Source: Camelus dromedarius (lineage: Eukaryota). From it: a stretch of 64,000 bases of DNA. Of this stretch, positions 40,241 to 52,913 are shown one piece after another. How positions within the stretch are numbered: the stretch's first letter is position 1; each line of letters begins with the position of its first letter. Below the pieces are notes generated by a model. The model saw only the letters and a program-made list of their open reading frames with translations, searched no databases and was not told where the DNA came from. A program made the position numbers and the translations under genes. The stretch is taken from NCBI RefSeq assembly GCF_036321535.1, contig NC_087437.1:65164001-65228000 (forward strand). Direction: 5' to 3'.

Positions 40241-42365
40241 TCTTACAGTCTGAGTCGCTCACCTTTGCACTTGTACTTTTGTGATAAAAAAAAATCCGTT
40301 CCTTCTCTCAGTTCATCTTTAAGGTCCTGGATTTCACTTGGTTTCTATAAACTGTATTGCTTTATCAATTCTAAGTTATTTTAAAACTTAAAATAGGCAT
40401 CTGAGAGTTAATGTGTCAAAACTTTCTTAGGACTGCCAATTAGGGCATTGAATTATGATTTTTTGTTTTCCTCTCTATATCTTCCACCTGATCACTGTTG
40501 TCATACATGAATTACCTTTGTGTCCTCAGAGCCTAATAGTACCTCATACTCAAAAGTTTAATTAATATTTATTTAATAAAGGAATAATATAACTAACACA
40601 TATTTAGAGTGGCTTCAGCTATATTCCAAATAATTGGATAAGAAGTTGGTCTTTGTTGGCCCCAACATTTTTATTCATATTATATTATCTACTGGCATGA
40701 TTTTCTGACTAGCCTTGCTGTCATCTATTAAGTGGCTATTCCTGAATCTCATTTTCTTATCCCTTTCAAAAACTTGTTTCAACTATAAAATATTTATCAC
40801 CCAGGTAACTGTCATTGGATTTATTAAAACTTTACAGATTTTTCCCATTTGAAAGTAACATTTAGCCCCATCTTCTTTATTCTTCATCTGAATACTTTGA
40901 TTGGGATATACTGGTCATTTACTTGTTCTTGGAACCAGTAAATTTTTGACACAGACAGATCTAAAGGGTCAGTGTAGTCAAACTAGCAACACGGAGTCTC
41001 TGCCCTCACTGCTGCCAGAGGGTTTAGAGCAGGCACAGGAACAGAGGGTTCTTCCAGCTCTTAGCTTCATTTCATCTGGTTCAAAGCCAGCTTTCTAAAA
41101 TTAACTTTAACTAAAGCTGAGTAGGCTTTTTAAAAAGACCTTTGTTGGGCTCCTACTAGAAGGCCACCAGATGGATCTATTCGTCCATGAAAGAGGGGAA
41201 TTTCTGCTGTGAGATGGACATTCTAGCTATAACCAATATATCTTGTTTTCCTGAGCTAGTGAAGTCTCAGTGATACCACTATCTCAGTTCCCTAAACCTC
41301 CATCTCTTGCTGCCAGAAGCCAGATTTTTTTTTTTTTTTGGTAGGATTTTCTTGCCCAGGTATTTCTAAGAATTCCCGGCAGTCCTTGTATGTGCCCAGT
41401 ATCAGTCCTGATTGTCATTACTGGTGCTAGTGTTGGTGCTGAGCTGTCACTTCATACCTTCAGGACAAACAGATATGCTCCCTACCCGTGTGGTAAAGGT
41501 GAAAGTGAAGTAAGAAGGGAAATGCCCCTTTCTGGTATTACATTTTCTTAAGGATAGAGGTTTCCCAAATCAAGTTTACTTGGGCCTTAAAGTGTTTCAA
41601 CAATTAGCGATGAGAGTGAATTTTATTAGTGAGTTTTTTTTAGTTTTATTAGTTCTCTCAGGAATTATCAGATTTAGGGGTAGGGTAAAGGGCATTCATT
41701 TTTGACAAGAAAATACACAAAATACTTAATGTACAGACAAATTTTCCAATGCTACATTTTTCACAATCATCATTTTTAATGATTTCCTAGTGTGCCACTG
41801 AAAGGTAATATTGCAATTTACTTAACTATTACCCAATTTTCTGCCATATAAATTATTTCTTATTTCTTGCTATTAAATACAGTAGTTCATGTATATCATT
41901 AGCCATTAAGCTTTGCCATATTTAAAGTTATTTTCTTGGGGCAGACTTATAGGACAAGCGTGTGTGGGTAAACAGTATATGAATATCTTTGTGCTTCTTG
42001 AGGTAGAGTACTTACTTGCTAGACAGCAAATCCATTCAGAGAGAAAAACAACTTTTCAGTTACTAGAATATAGATATCACTGTCCTCTAATATTTAAGAA
42101 CATGAAAAATAGGACTAAATTGCAGAAGGTTATTTACTGAGCAAAATAATAGACTAGAAGAAATGCAGTTATCTTATGGAGAGTTTATATCAGGTTCTAT
42201 ATGCAGACCACACGGACCCCTTACTCCCAGACCCAGCACTGGTATACCTTGGGTGCGGAGGTTATTACTAAAAATAAACAGAACACATTTCAATATTTCT
42301 ATTTTTCTGGGAAGGAGGCTTGACTTCCCTGTGCCAGTGAGTCTCTGTGGTGTGGTTATTTCCAG

Positions 42366-42495
42366 CATCCACCAACTGAGGAACAAAGTGTCAGAGGAAC
42401 ATGATATTCTCAAGAAAAAGGAGATGGAATCAGGGCCCAAAGCATCCCATGGCTACGGAGGTCGGTTTGGGGTGGAAAGGGACCGCATGGACAAG
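42366..42495 (+). CDS. HCLS1: HS1 exon 4 ([12 protein letters not shown]...[13 protein letters not shown])
   Basis: tccag|C acceptor, AAG|gtgagt donor; start of the cortactin repeats. Confidence 0.95.
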
Positions 42496-43241
42496 GTGAG
42501 TTGCAAGGGGGATATTTGCTTAAAATAAAAAGAGTCATTTGTTGGTTTTGTGGTTTAAAACCTGTTCAAAAGTGAAATATTCATTTGGGTTTTAAAATAG
42601 AATGTCCACATATTATTTGTATCATTTTTTCCTTGATTACAACACATAAGATATAGATGGGGGAAAATGGGAGCCAAAACTTTAGAAGGACTGGCCTATT
42701 GTAGGTCCCGCCACATTGTAACTCCTAGACTAAGGAGACAGGGAGCACAAGTAGAGAAGGGAAAAATATGTTTTAAAATCATTTACTGCTCCTAAATATA
42801 TGCATATTGTCTATGTTGTAAATTCTCTTATTGTTTTCTTCACTGTATATTTAGTGTTCTTTTTGTACCTATTTTATATAAAGCTTATGTGATTTGCACA
42901 TAAGTATGAAAAATATTGATGTGAATTTATCCACCAGATACCCTCAAATATGAATATTATTTTAACTTACTCCATTAGAAACTATAAAAGTATGATAAAA
43001 GATGCTTGCATATTGAATCAGATTTTCCACTGACTTTCCTAACCTCAGAGATAAATATCTATTTCTACAAGAAAAAATGTTTAATTTCCGAGGAGAAAGA
43101 AATTTCAGTGAAAGCCTTTAGTTCACCCTCAAGAACTAAAGTTTTGTTTTGTTTTATCATTGTGTATAGTGTGGTGCAGGCATTGTATTCTCCCGCAGAA
43201 TTCCTAGGAAAAAGTGAAAAAGATAAGCAGTCATTCATTCT

Positions 43242-43351
43242 CTTCTTTTTTAACTTTTGTTTTTAATGGGGGTACTGGGGATTGAACCCAGGACCTCATG
43301 CATGGTAAGCACATGCCCTACCATGGAGCTACACCCTCTCCCCCAACCCTT
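43242..43351 (-). mobile_element. tRNA-derived SINE (camelid vic-1-like) with a 13-bp TSD
   Basis: ggtactggggattgaacccaggacctcatgcatg (B-box GGTTCAATCCC on -); TSD agtcattcattct at 43229-43241 and 43352-43364. Confidence 0.85.
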
Positions 43352-44236
43352 AGTCATTCATTCTTGAATTTAGCAAGCAACATTGACCTACACAGACCCC
43401 AAAATACTGCAAAATGACTTCCCAGGAGCTCATATAGGGCAGTGCCTCACCTCAACATCTGTACTGATATTTATCCCAACATAGAATTGGAAATACAGGA
43501 GGAAAAAGAAACTTTCTGATTTCTTCTTAGTTGAGAGCCTACAAGGTATCATTATTTGATTCAAAGTATTATTCAATTCCAAGATTATTAAAGTATCCAT
43601 ATCTAAATATTGAGTCATACCTTTGAAAACTAAGTAGAAAATAGTAGATGGAGGAAAAAGTGGAGGGGAATAGAAAAGAATTAAGTAATATTCCATCTGA
43701 GAATACTCACAGTATTGTCCGCCAACCCCCTTCAGCATAAAGAGTCAGTCACTCTTAATCAGGGCTCAGGTAGCACTTCTGAACTTTGATGGTCATACAG
43801 GAGCAAAGATCAGAACAAGAGCACCTGGCTCTGTGAGTGAAATACTCAGTCCCGGCTATGGCATCTACATCTGGTCCCTCCACAATAACTACCCTCATTT
43901 CCATTTTGATGCACAAAGCCTTTTTGTTTCTGGTTTAAACACTGATCTGTCTACTTAGTCTCTATCCTTCTGGTTCTCAACCCATCCTATGGGAGTTTCC
44001 AAAATGATGGGTTCCTAGTGGTATTAAAGAAGAATCAGGATGGGCAAGGCTTCAGAAATAATCACATTGCCCTCCCATCACACATTCCTTGGCACTACTG
44101 TCAGAGGTTAGCAATCTGACCCATAATGGAATTTCTTGTATTCTCACATCTCATCCTTCTCTTCATCAATTTTTTTGTGTGTGTGTGTGTGTGGTCATTT
44201 TATCTCCTTACTCATTCTGACCTTGATTTTTCTCAG

Positions 44237-44347
44237 AGTGCTTTGGGCCATGAATACGTTGCTGAGGTAGAGAAGCACTCTTCTCAGACTGATGCTGCCA
44301 GAGGCTTTGGGGGCAAATACGGAGTTGAGAAGGACAGAGCAGACAAG
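44237..44347 (+). CDS. HCLS1: HS1 exon 5, one 37-aa cortactin-repeat unit
   Basis: tctcag|AGT acceptor, AAG|gtaagt donor; 111 nt; SALGHEY...GFGGKYGVEKDRADK. Confidence 0.96.
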
Positions 44348-45000
44348 GTAAGTGACAACTCTGTCCCTGCACCACCCAATTCAGATCAAGTGGGACTTAC
44401 CAACCCTCACCCTTGAATGTGGGTCTATGCTTCTCCTGTGGAAAGACCAGGCAGGCAGTGGACTTGAGGAGGGTCCATCACGAGGAAAGCTCCTACACCT
44501 CCCTCAGCAAGTTCCTTGGTGCCAGGATTGGAGGCCATGTGTTGAACTGAAAGGTGTTAATTTAAATAAGACAAAGATTCTCAAACTCTGTTTGAAAAAA
44601 GAATCCCTAAGCCATTGGTTTTATCATACCTGTATGCATGAAGAGAGTAAGGGAAATTCTAAAACTCCTCCTTTGGTCAAACATCAAAACCTTATAAATA
44701 TTTATGCCTTTCAGGAAAACAGAGATGTCAGCTTAATTATTATTCCAATGGCAGTAAATAATCAAGTAAAACAACTAACTGAGGTTACAACATTTTTAGA
44801 AGGTGGAGGTTACTTTTCACAGGATTTAGCCCCAACTCCCTGAAGTCCAGGTGTTTTCTACTCCTTTGTCAAAAAAGTATCTTAAAGAGAGAGAGGAAAA
44901 AAGGACAGCATGATTACGGATGATACAGTGGTCAGGAGAGTACCACTGATAACTCATTGATGATCTCATTTTTACACCTTAGGAGATCGGATTCTCTGAG

Positions 45001-45031
<31 letters not shown>

Positions 45032-45699
45032 TGGTACAGAGTAGTGTCTCTTCCCCTGCAGCTGCACACAGAAAGGACATCTCCTTCACAGCTAGCTGAG
45101 ATTTTTTTTTTCACCTGTAGTCATTAATAAGTGGGCCTGAATCCTAAAAGTTAAGTGTTAGAGTGTTATTTGCATTGTAAGGGAATTTTAAAAAAAACAG
45201 AAAAATTCAAAACATACTGTGAGAGAAAGGAAAAACACAGAGTAATTTTTAAAAGCAGTAATGGAATATGGAACATGTAATGTTCTCTAATCAGGATGAA
45301 ATTTCCCTTCCATCTTGGTCCCCCTCCTGCCTTTGTCCAGTCTTTCATTGTTTTCTTTCATCTCCTGCCTCACCAGGGACAAACTGAATCACCTTAACAA
45401 TCAGTGTGTCATGTAAATCAAGAAACAGTATATACTAATAGCTCTTAAGATGCAAAATCTAGACTTGCTTAGAGACTCATACTTACTCAGCTAGATGGGG
45501 GCACAGTTATGTGGTAGTTAGGTATTGTCCAATGTAGCCAGTCCTGAAGCAGCTAGGATCCAGACTTGCCTGGTTGCTTCTCATCCCATTGAAACCCACA
45601 TCTCTGGGTTTCCACTGCTGTGTGGAAAAAGAGGAGAAGCACAGTATAATCGATTCAGTACAGCATGATAGCTCTCACAGGTGCATAGTGCTTTATGGT

Positions 45700-46020
45700 T
45701 CACAAGGCATTTTCCTAGCACTTATTTCATTCTAGTTTTGTGAGAATTAGGAAGAAAAGCATTAATTTACTGGTGACCCACACCATAAATATCTTGCCAC
45801 ATTTAGTCCTCACAATGTCCCAGATTAAGTGGAATCATCTCTCCCATTTCAGAGGTGAGGTTAATAGGGCAGGTATACCTATTTTCAATCCATATTTGAG
45901 GAGCCTGAGGCTCAGTAACATTAAAGGACCTACCTAACATTGTACAACTATAGATAGGGAAGGTGGCGCTGGGGTTTGGATCCAGAGCTGTCTGTGCCCA
46001 GAGCCCATGTTCACTGCTCT
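45700..46020 (-). mobile_element. MIR SINE remnants
   Basis: cccatttcagaggtgagg, gaggagcctgaggctcag and ggggtttggatccagagctgtctg...ccagagccc. Confidence 0.6.
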
Positions 46021-46192
46021 GGCGTATTCTGCCTCTATAACAGCCTCTCAGTGTACTGCTGTTTCTGTATTAAACTCCGTTCTCAGCTCTGAGCCCCTGT
46101 AACTAACCACTGGGCTAAGTGTAAGGGTAAGTGAGGGAGGGGAAAAACGGCCAGCTCTGACTCTAACCAATTCTCTCTCCTTGTCCCTGTAG

Positions 46193-46247
46193 TCAGCAGT
46201 TGGCTTTGATTACAAAGGAGAAGTGGAGAAACACACATCTCAGAAAG
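46193..46247 (+). CDS. HCLS1: HS1 exon 6 (SAVGFDYKGEVEKHTSQK), followed by a GC donor
   Basis: ctgtag|TCA acceptor; repeat homology ends at AAA G|gcaagg, and phase 1 matches the next exon. Confidence 0.93.
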
Positions 46248-46384
46248 GCAAGGACCCTGCACTTCAGCCTTAGCAACGTGACTGACCAGACTGCTCAGAC
46301 TTCAACTCCAGCAGCTGTCATCCACTCCCTTTAGTTCCATTACCCTGTTGACCACTATTTTATTTCTTTTTATCTTCTTTTCTC

Positions 46385-46610
46385 TTTGTTTTGTTTTGTT
46401 TTTGGTGTTTTTTTTGTATACATATTTTTATTGAAGTACAGTCAGTTTACAATGTGGTGTTGATTTCTGGACAGCACAATGCTTCAGTCATACATGAACA
46501 TACAGATATTCATTTTCATATTCTTTTCCACCATAAGTTACTACAAGATATTGACTATAGTCCCCTATGCTATACAGTATGAACTTGTTTATCTATTTTA
46601 TATATATATA
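46385..46610 (-). mobile_element. Short L1 3' end ~140 bp downstream of the HCLS1 GC donor
   Basis: T-rich tail plus ttttattgaagtacagtcagtttacaatg...gtcccctatgctatacagta. Confidence 0.8.
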
Positions 46611-46749
46611 TTAGTTAGTGTCTGTTATTTCTCTTTAAATCCAAGCATATACTTGTTTCTTTCTCTTTTGTCATTTTCTATGAGACTGGTCAAGTTTTCT
46701 TTAGTCCCCTTTCCCCTCTAATGGATTGAAAATAAGGTATTATCCTCCT

Positions 46750-49700
46750 TTATGTTAGGAAGTTATCCCTAGGTTTTAATATTCCTCTTTGACTTAAATT
46801 TAAAATCAATCACTAGCTCTTCCTAATACAGCAAAAATGTAGAATAACTTAATTATATTCCTTCTACATCATAGAGTCTTTGTACCAATTTGTTGTCCAG
46901 TATATTGGTTCCACGTGTTTGTTTTTAAACCTCACAAAAATTAATCATTCTGATTATGAGGTGAATGCTTATTTAAATTGACCGACATATTTACCAACTT
47001 CCTAGCTCATCATTGTTTACTGTATTTCATTGTTTCCTCCTTGAATCTTCTATTTCCTTCTTGCTAAAGTACATCCTTTGGTAATTATTTCAGTGAGAGT
47101 CTATGAAAGAATTCCCAGGCTTTGTCTAAAAAAAATATTTTGCTCCAGTCTTCATTGTTATTTTCCCATCATCGTGTTGAAGATACTGTTCCATCATCTC
47201 TGGCGTTTGTCTTGGGTTAGTCTGATCATTATTCCTTTGTAGGTAACATGTCTTGTCTCTCCGTTTTTTTTTTTTTCATGAAAAGTTTTCTTTTTGTCCT
47301 GATATTCTGAAATATCATCAGGCTATGTCTGGGTGTTGGATTTGTTTTTATTATTCTACCTGAGACTTATTTCTCCTCTTCAACCTGAGAAATAACTTTC
47401 AATGTGGGAAGTTATCAGGCATTTTTTCTTTGGCTACTGCCTCTCCTCTCTCTTCTTTTATTCTTTCTTTTGAAACTCAAGTTAGACATGTATTTGAACT
47501 TTTCATTCTCTTCTCAATCTCTCTCTTTTAAAGAGACTTTATATTTGTAGAGCAGTTTTAGGTTTGTAAGAAAGTTGAGAGGAAGGTACAGAGATTTCCC
47601 ATACACTACTGCCCCTCTACATGTATAGCCTCCCCCACTATCAACATCATTGACCATAAGGATACTCTTTTTTTATTTAAATCTTTTTTTTTTTTTTAAC
47701 CAAGGACAATTCTACACTGACACATCAAAATCACCTGAAGTCCATAGTTTACTTTAGGGTTCACTCTTGGTGTTGTACGTTCTTGGGGTTTGAACAAAAG
47801 TATAGGGACATATATCCATCATTATGTCATACAAAGTATTTTCAGTGCCCTAAAAATCCTCTTGCATGTTCATTTTCCCTACCCCTTAGCAACCACTGAT
47901 TTTTTTCGTCTTGATAGTTTATATGTTTGGAATCATATACCACATAAGTTTTCCAGACTGGCTTCTTTCACTTAGTAATATGCATTTAAGTTTACTCCAT
48001 ATCTTTTCAAAGCTCGATAGCTAACTTCTTTTTAGTGCAAAATATTATTCATCTGGGTACACCACAATTTATTTATCCATTCACCTACTAAAGTACATCT
48101 TGGTTGCTTCCAAGTTTTGGTAACTATGAATAAAGCTGCTATAAACATCTGTGGCAAGTTTGTGTGTGGACATACATTTTCAACTCCTTTGGGTAAATAC
48201 CAGGGAGTACAATTGTTGGATTCTACAGTAAGAGTATATTAAGTTTTATAAGAAGTTGCCAAACTGTCTTCCAAAGTGGCTGTACCATTTTGCATTCTCA
48301 TTAACAATGTATGAAAGTTTCTGTTGTTCCACATCCTCACAAGTGCTTGGCGATGTGAGTGTTCTGGATTTTGGCCATTCTAATTGGTGTGTAGTGGCAT
48401 CCTGTTTTAATTTGTATTTCGCTGATGATACATGATGTAGAGCATCTTTTTATACACTTATTAGCCATATATGTATCTTCCAGTAAGATGTTTGTAAAGA
48501 TATTTGGCCCATTTTTACCAAATTTGTGGACAGAAAATTGTTCATAGTATCATTTTATTATCCTTTTAATTTCATTGGCTTCTGTAGTGATGCAGCCTCT
48601 TTCACTTCTGATATTAGTAATTCATGTTCTCTCTCTTTTTCTTAGTTAGCCCGACTAGAGGTTTATCTATTTTATTGATTTTTTTCAAAGAATAAGCTTT
48701 AGGTTTCCTTGATTTTTCTCTATTCACTTCTTGTTTTTAATTTCATTGATTTTTTTTTTTTTTTTTGCTCTAATTCTTCTGCTGACTTTGGATTTAATTT
48801 ACTCTTCTTTTTTCTAGTTTCCTAAGGTGGGAACTTAAATGATTGATTTTAGATCTTTTTTTCTTTTCTAATAGATGCATTCAATGCTATAAATTTCTGC
48901 CTAAGCACTGCTTTCACTGCATCCTAGAACTTTTGATAAGTTACATTCTTGATGTCTCTTAATCTTTCTTCTCTATTTCTCTCTCTTTATCTCCCTGTAT
49001 TGCATTCTGGGTAATTCCCTTGGATCTTTGTTAAGTTCTCTAATTCTCCCTTCAGCTATATTTAATTACCATTTAAGCTGTCCACTAAAAATTTTTAACT
49101 TTCTTTCAGATATTTTCACTTGTACAAGTTCCCTTTGATTTTATGGCAAATCTGCTGGTTCTTTTTCCATAATGCCTTGTTGCTTTCATTTTTTCCCTTT
49201 CTTTAAACTCTTTAATTACTTTAAGAATATTTATTTCATAATTTCTTTCACATTATTATATTATTTGCAGTTCTTGGGGCTGCCAATTCTTCTGTTTGAT
49301 TATTCTTTTTTCCCTCATGGTTATTTATTTCTTTGATGGTTTGAAACTTTTGTTAACAAACTTATTTCAGTGAAAGGAAAGGGATGTTTGTTTTATGGGA
49401 GTTTTATATGCCCTGGGTTGAGAAAGTTTCCTATCAGAGAAATTCTGCCTCAGAATTCTGGCTGAATTCTCAGAAATTTCTGGCTGAGTTCTCAGAAATT
49501 TCTGGCTGAGTTCTAGGGGATCTTGATAGTAACAGACCATTTTTTTTCTCTGAGGTTTTTGTTTTCCATTATGAGTTCAATTTCTTAAATAGATATAGGT
49601 CTACCCGGTCTTTCAATTTTTTCTGAAGCCAGTTATTTTTCAATGTTATCTATGTTTTCAAATTTATTGGCTTAGATTCATTTATAGTATTCCCTTATTT

Positions 49701-50200
49701 TCATTTTAACCTCTGTAAGATCTACAGTGATATTGTGATCAAAGAATATGATATTTCATATTTCAATTTTTTGAAATGTTTTGAGACTTTTTGAATGACA
49801 GGTATATGGTCTATCTTGGTAAATGTTCTATTTACATAGAAAAATGTGTATTGTGCAGTTTTGGGGTGCAGTATTCTGTAAATGTCAGTTAGGTCTTGTT
49901 GATAATGTTGTTTGGGTTTTCTATAATGTTAGATTATTTTTGTCCAAATTTTCTATTAATGAGAGAAGAGTGTTAAAATTTTCAACTATGAACATAGATT
50001 TGTCTGTTTTCCTTTCTGCTTTGCTTCATAAGTACGAATTCTGTTAATAGGTTTCTACCAGCATATACAATCCTGATGAATGATGAGTTGTCCTCTATCA
50101 TTGTGTTATGTCTCTCCTGCCTCTTATAATGCATTTTGTCTTGAGGTCCACTTTGTCTCATATTCATGCCGTCTTTCTGATGCTTACTTTTTCTGTGGTA
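46750..50200 (-). mobile_element. Cluster of nested or fragmented L1M elements filling HCLS1 intron 6
   Basis: Multiple L1 motifs, e.g. 47530-48520 (aataaagctgctataaacatc, ccaaagtggctgtaccattttgcattc) and 48520-48950 (gctataaatttc...cactgctttc). Confidence 0.7.
49449..49512. repeat. Minisatellite, ~3 copies of a 20-22-bp unit (ctcagaaatttctggctgagtt)
   Basis: Direct tandem units at 49449, 49469 and 49491. Confidence 0.85.
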
Positions 50201-51037
50201 TAAATGTTCCTAGATCAGTATTCAATTAATTTCTTAGCTTAGAATTCCTGTATAATATAAGTATTATGAAATTGGAGTTTTGTATTCCACACACTTGGGT
50301 GTAGGCGTGGAGTTACCAAGCCTCAAAGGTAAAATTTCCTTCTCCACATGCTGAACAAACTGCAATTCTCCTCAGCATTTCCCTGGATAAATGAGTAGAA
50401 CTTTACACGAGTGGGCAGAGTCTCAATTCCTGCTCCTCTTATCACTGTGTTATGTCTATTCTTGTATAGAAAGTAGAACCCCAGACTCTAGAATCCTAAT
50501 CCTTAGGCAGTAATTTGGAACTTAAAATGGCTTGGGTTTTCTGTGTCAGCTCATAATTACCATTGTATCTACTATTTTGATTCATCTGTTTCTGGAGCCA
50601 GGAACTTTTTTCTTCTTTTCTTTTGAGATTCACTGTTTTTTTTTTTTTTAAAAAGATTGTTGTACTTTAGCTGACATTGCTAAGTGTTTATTTGGGAGTA
50701 AGGAAAGGCACACGTTTCATATGCATCTGTCTTTTTCCCCCTGGAAGTCTCTTCTTACACTCTCTATACTTTCTCCTTCCTTGAAGAAGGGAGAAAATTG
50801 AAATGATCTTCTCATCTTGGAATGGAAGTAAAGGAGGAGAGGAAAAGAGTGAACAATGTTGAATTAAAGCTTGCAAAAGGTGGCTTGGTACACCATTTCT
50901 CTTTTATTCACCCATGCTCGAGCCCTGCTCTCTTCCCGGGTCCCTATCAGCCTGCACCCATCCCCCTGACTCCTCTCTTCCACAGCACTTCCCGGTGGGC
51001 TGACAGTGGGCTCTCATGACTGCTCCTTCCAACACAG

Positions 51038-51148
51038 ATTACTCTCGCGGCTTTGGTGGCCGATACGGGATAGAGAAGGATAAACGAGACAAGGCCGCTC
51101 TGGGATATGACTACAAGGGAGAGACAGAAAAACATGAATCCCAGAGAG
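51038..51148 (+). CDS. HCLS1: HS1 exon 7, 37-aa cortactin repeat ([19 protein letters not shown]...HESQR)
   Basis: acacag|AT acceptor, G|gtgagt donor; 111 nt, phase 1 to 1. Confidence 0.96.
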
Positions 51149-51801
51149 GTGAGTTGGGGTTGGAGGGGAGGGAGGTCACAGAGTGCATAGGGCCTTCCTT
51201 CTGCCTTCCTGAAAGCTGACACGGAGGACCCAGAATACAGAGGGGCAGATGTGCAGTGGAAGTGGTGGGATGAAGAGTAAGTGTACATATTTGGGGGGTA
51301 GTTCGGGGGAGACTAACAGGGGTAGAAGGGCAAACAGCAAGATTGGGACCAGGACAGAGGAAGGAGACCGAAGAGAAGGGCTCATTGGAAACAGGATGAA
51401 GATGGACCGGCACGAGAGTGATTTGCCTGTGAGTCTTAGAGGCCCCGCTGCTTCACGGAGAGAGGTCCCCTTCTTCCCTGGGACACAATGGGATAGCTGG
51501 GGTGCAGGCTCTCCTTAGTTTTTCCTGTTCCTCCCTTTATATTTTCCCCTTTTCTGTCATTTCTTTCTTTTTATTTTCCTCTTCCCATCTTTCTCCCCTC
51601 CATTCCCTCCCACCTGTTTTTCTCCCCCTGTTTTCTATCTCCTCCCCATCCATGCCTCTCTCTGTCCTCTGATTCCCACACAGCCTGTCGATCTGTTTTC
51701 CTTATTCATGTCTTCTGGTCTTTCTTCCCACTTCTCCCTCTTCCTACACATTTCCAGCATTTTAACTCCTCTTATAACTCTCAGATCTTTCCATCCTGCA
51801 G

Positions 51802-51857
51802 ATTATGCCAAGGGCTTTGGTGGTCAGTATGGAATCCAGAAGGACCGAGTGGATAAG
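51802..51857 (+). CDS. HCLS1: HS1 exon 8 (DYAKGFGGQYGIQKDRVDK)
   Basis: ctgcag|AT acceptor, AAG|gtaaac donor, which is duplicated 17 nt downstream. Confidence 0.94.
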
Positions 51858-52416
51858 GTAAACCGGTGGATAAGGTAAACCAGGACACCAGTGTCTTGAG
51901 AAGAGTTCCCTGAAGTGCATGGAGAAGAGTGAGGGGCCAAGCTGGGGAAAGGATGGGAAAAGCTAGATGCCCTGCTCTGTTCTCCTGGAGAGTGGTGGGA
52001 AGCAGAGAGAGACAGAGACAGATAAACTCCAGGGAAGGATGATTGAAATTTCATTGATTGCTTGGCATTGCTTAACTCAGTCTATAATCTCTTCCCACTC
52101 CATTCACTGTCTTCCCTTACACCTCTTCATGCTCCGGCCAGAGGCCCTGCTGCATTCCCAGCAACTGGTTTTAGAGATGTGAGATTCCAGGAACACTGTG
52201 CTTTTAAAAAGGGGAGCTGATCCCACCAGTTTCAAACTTCTTTACCTCTCTCTCTGCCACAAAACAACAATATTTGAATACTCTATCCAACTGATGAGCA
52301 TCAGATGGTTAGGGAGTTCTCCTGGAGTGGCTCCAATCCCCAGTACTGCCTTCTGGCTCATTAGTACTCCCTCCCCTGTCCCCCCACCCCCACTACATAT
52401 ACTCTTCTACCTGCAG

Positions 52417-52486
52417 AGTGCTGTTGGCTTCAATGAAATGGAGGCCCCAACCACAGCTTATAAGAAGACAACACCCACAGAGGCTG
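52417..52486 (+). CDS. HCLS1: HS1 exon 9 (SAVGFNEMEAPTTAYKKTTPTEA)
   Basis: ctgcag|AGT acceptor, G|gtgagt donor. Confidence 0.95.
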
Positions 52487-52913
52487 GTGAGTCTTAAGTC
52501 CCCGTCTCTCTGCTCCTCAACCTCCTCTCCCTTCTCATTCTTTCTTCTTCCTAGACTACCTTTTCCGTGCCTTTAACTACTAGATTAGCTGACGTAGACT
52601 TGACATCTACCCTCATATTCCCAGATTCTCTCTCCCAGAAAACTCAGGTTAAGTGGATAGAGAGAGTGACATTGGGGAAGAAACTGAGCAGAGTACACAG
52701 GAAAGGTGGGAGGGAGGGAGCCAATTAGGAAGAATACATGGGGAAAGGTGCTTTCCGTGGGGGATGGAGGGTGGAGTTCAGTGGCCAGAGGGCATAAAGA
52801 TTTAAGAAATGTGGACAGGGAAGGATGCAGGTTAAAGGACCAAGCTTTATGACTTAGAAAAGACAAGAGTCTGAGATCACATGGCCTGGCTGTATGAAAA
52901 TCTAGGCTTCAGG

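Noticed and set aside
43265..43345. tRNA-like A/B-box sequence (also at 53270-53344)
   Set aside because: Has an A-rich tail and TSDs and no complete cloverleaf; these are SINEs, not tRNA genes.
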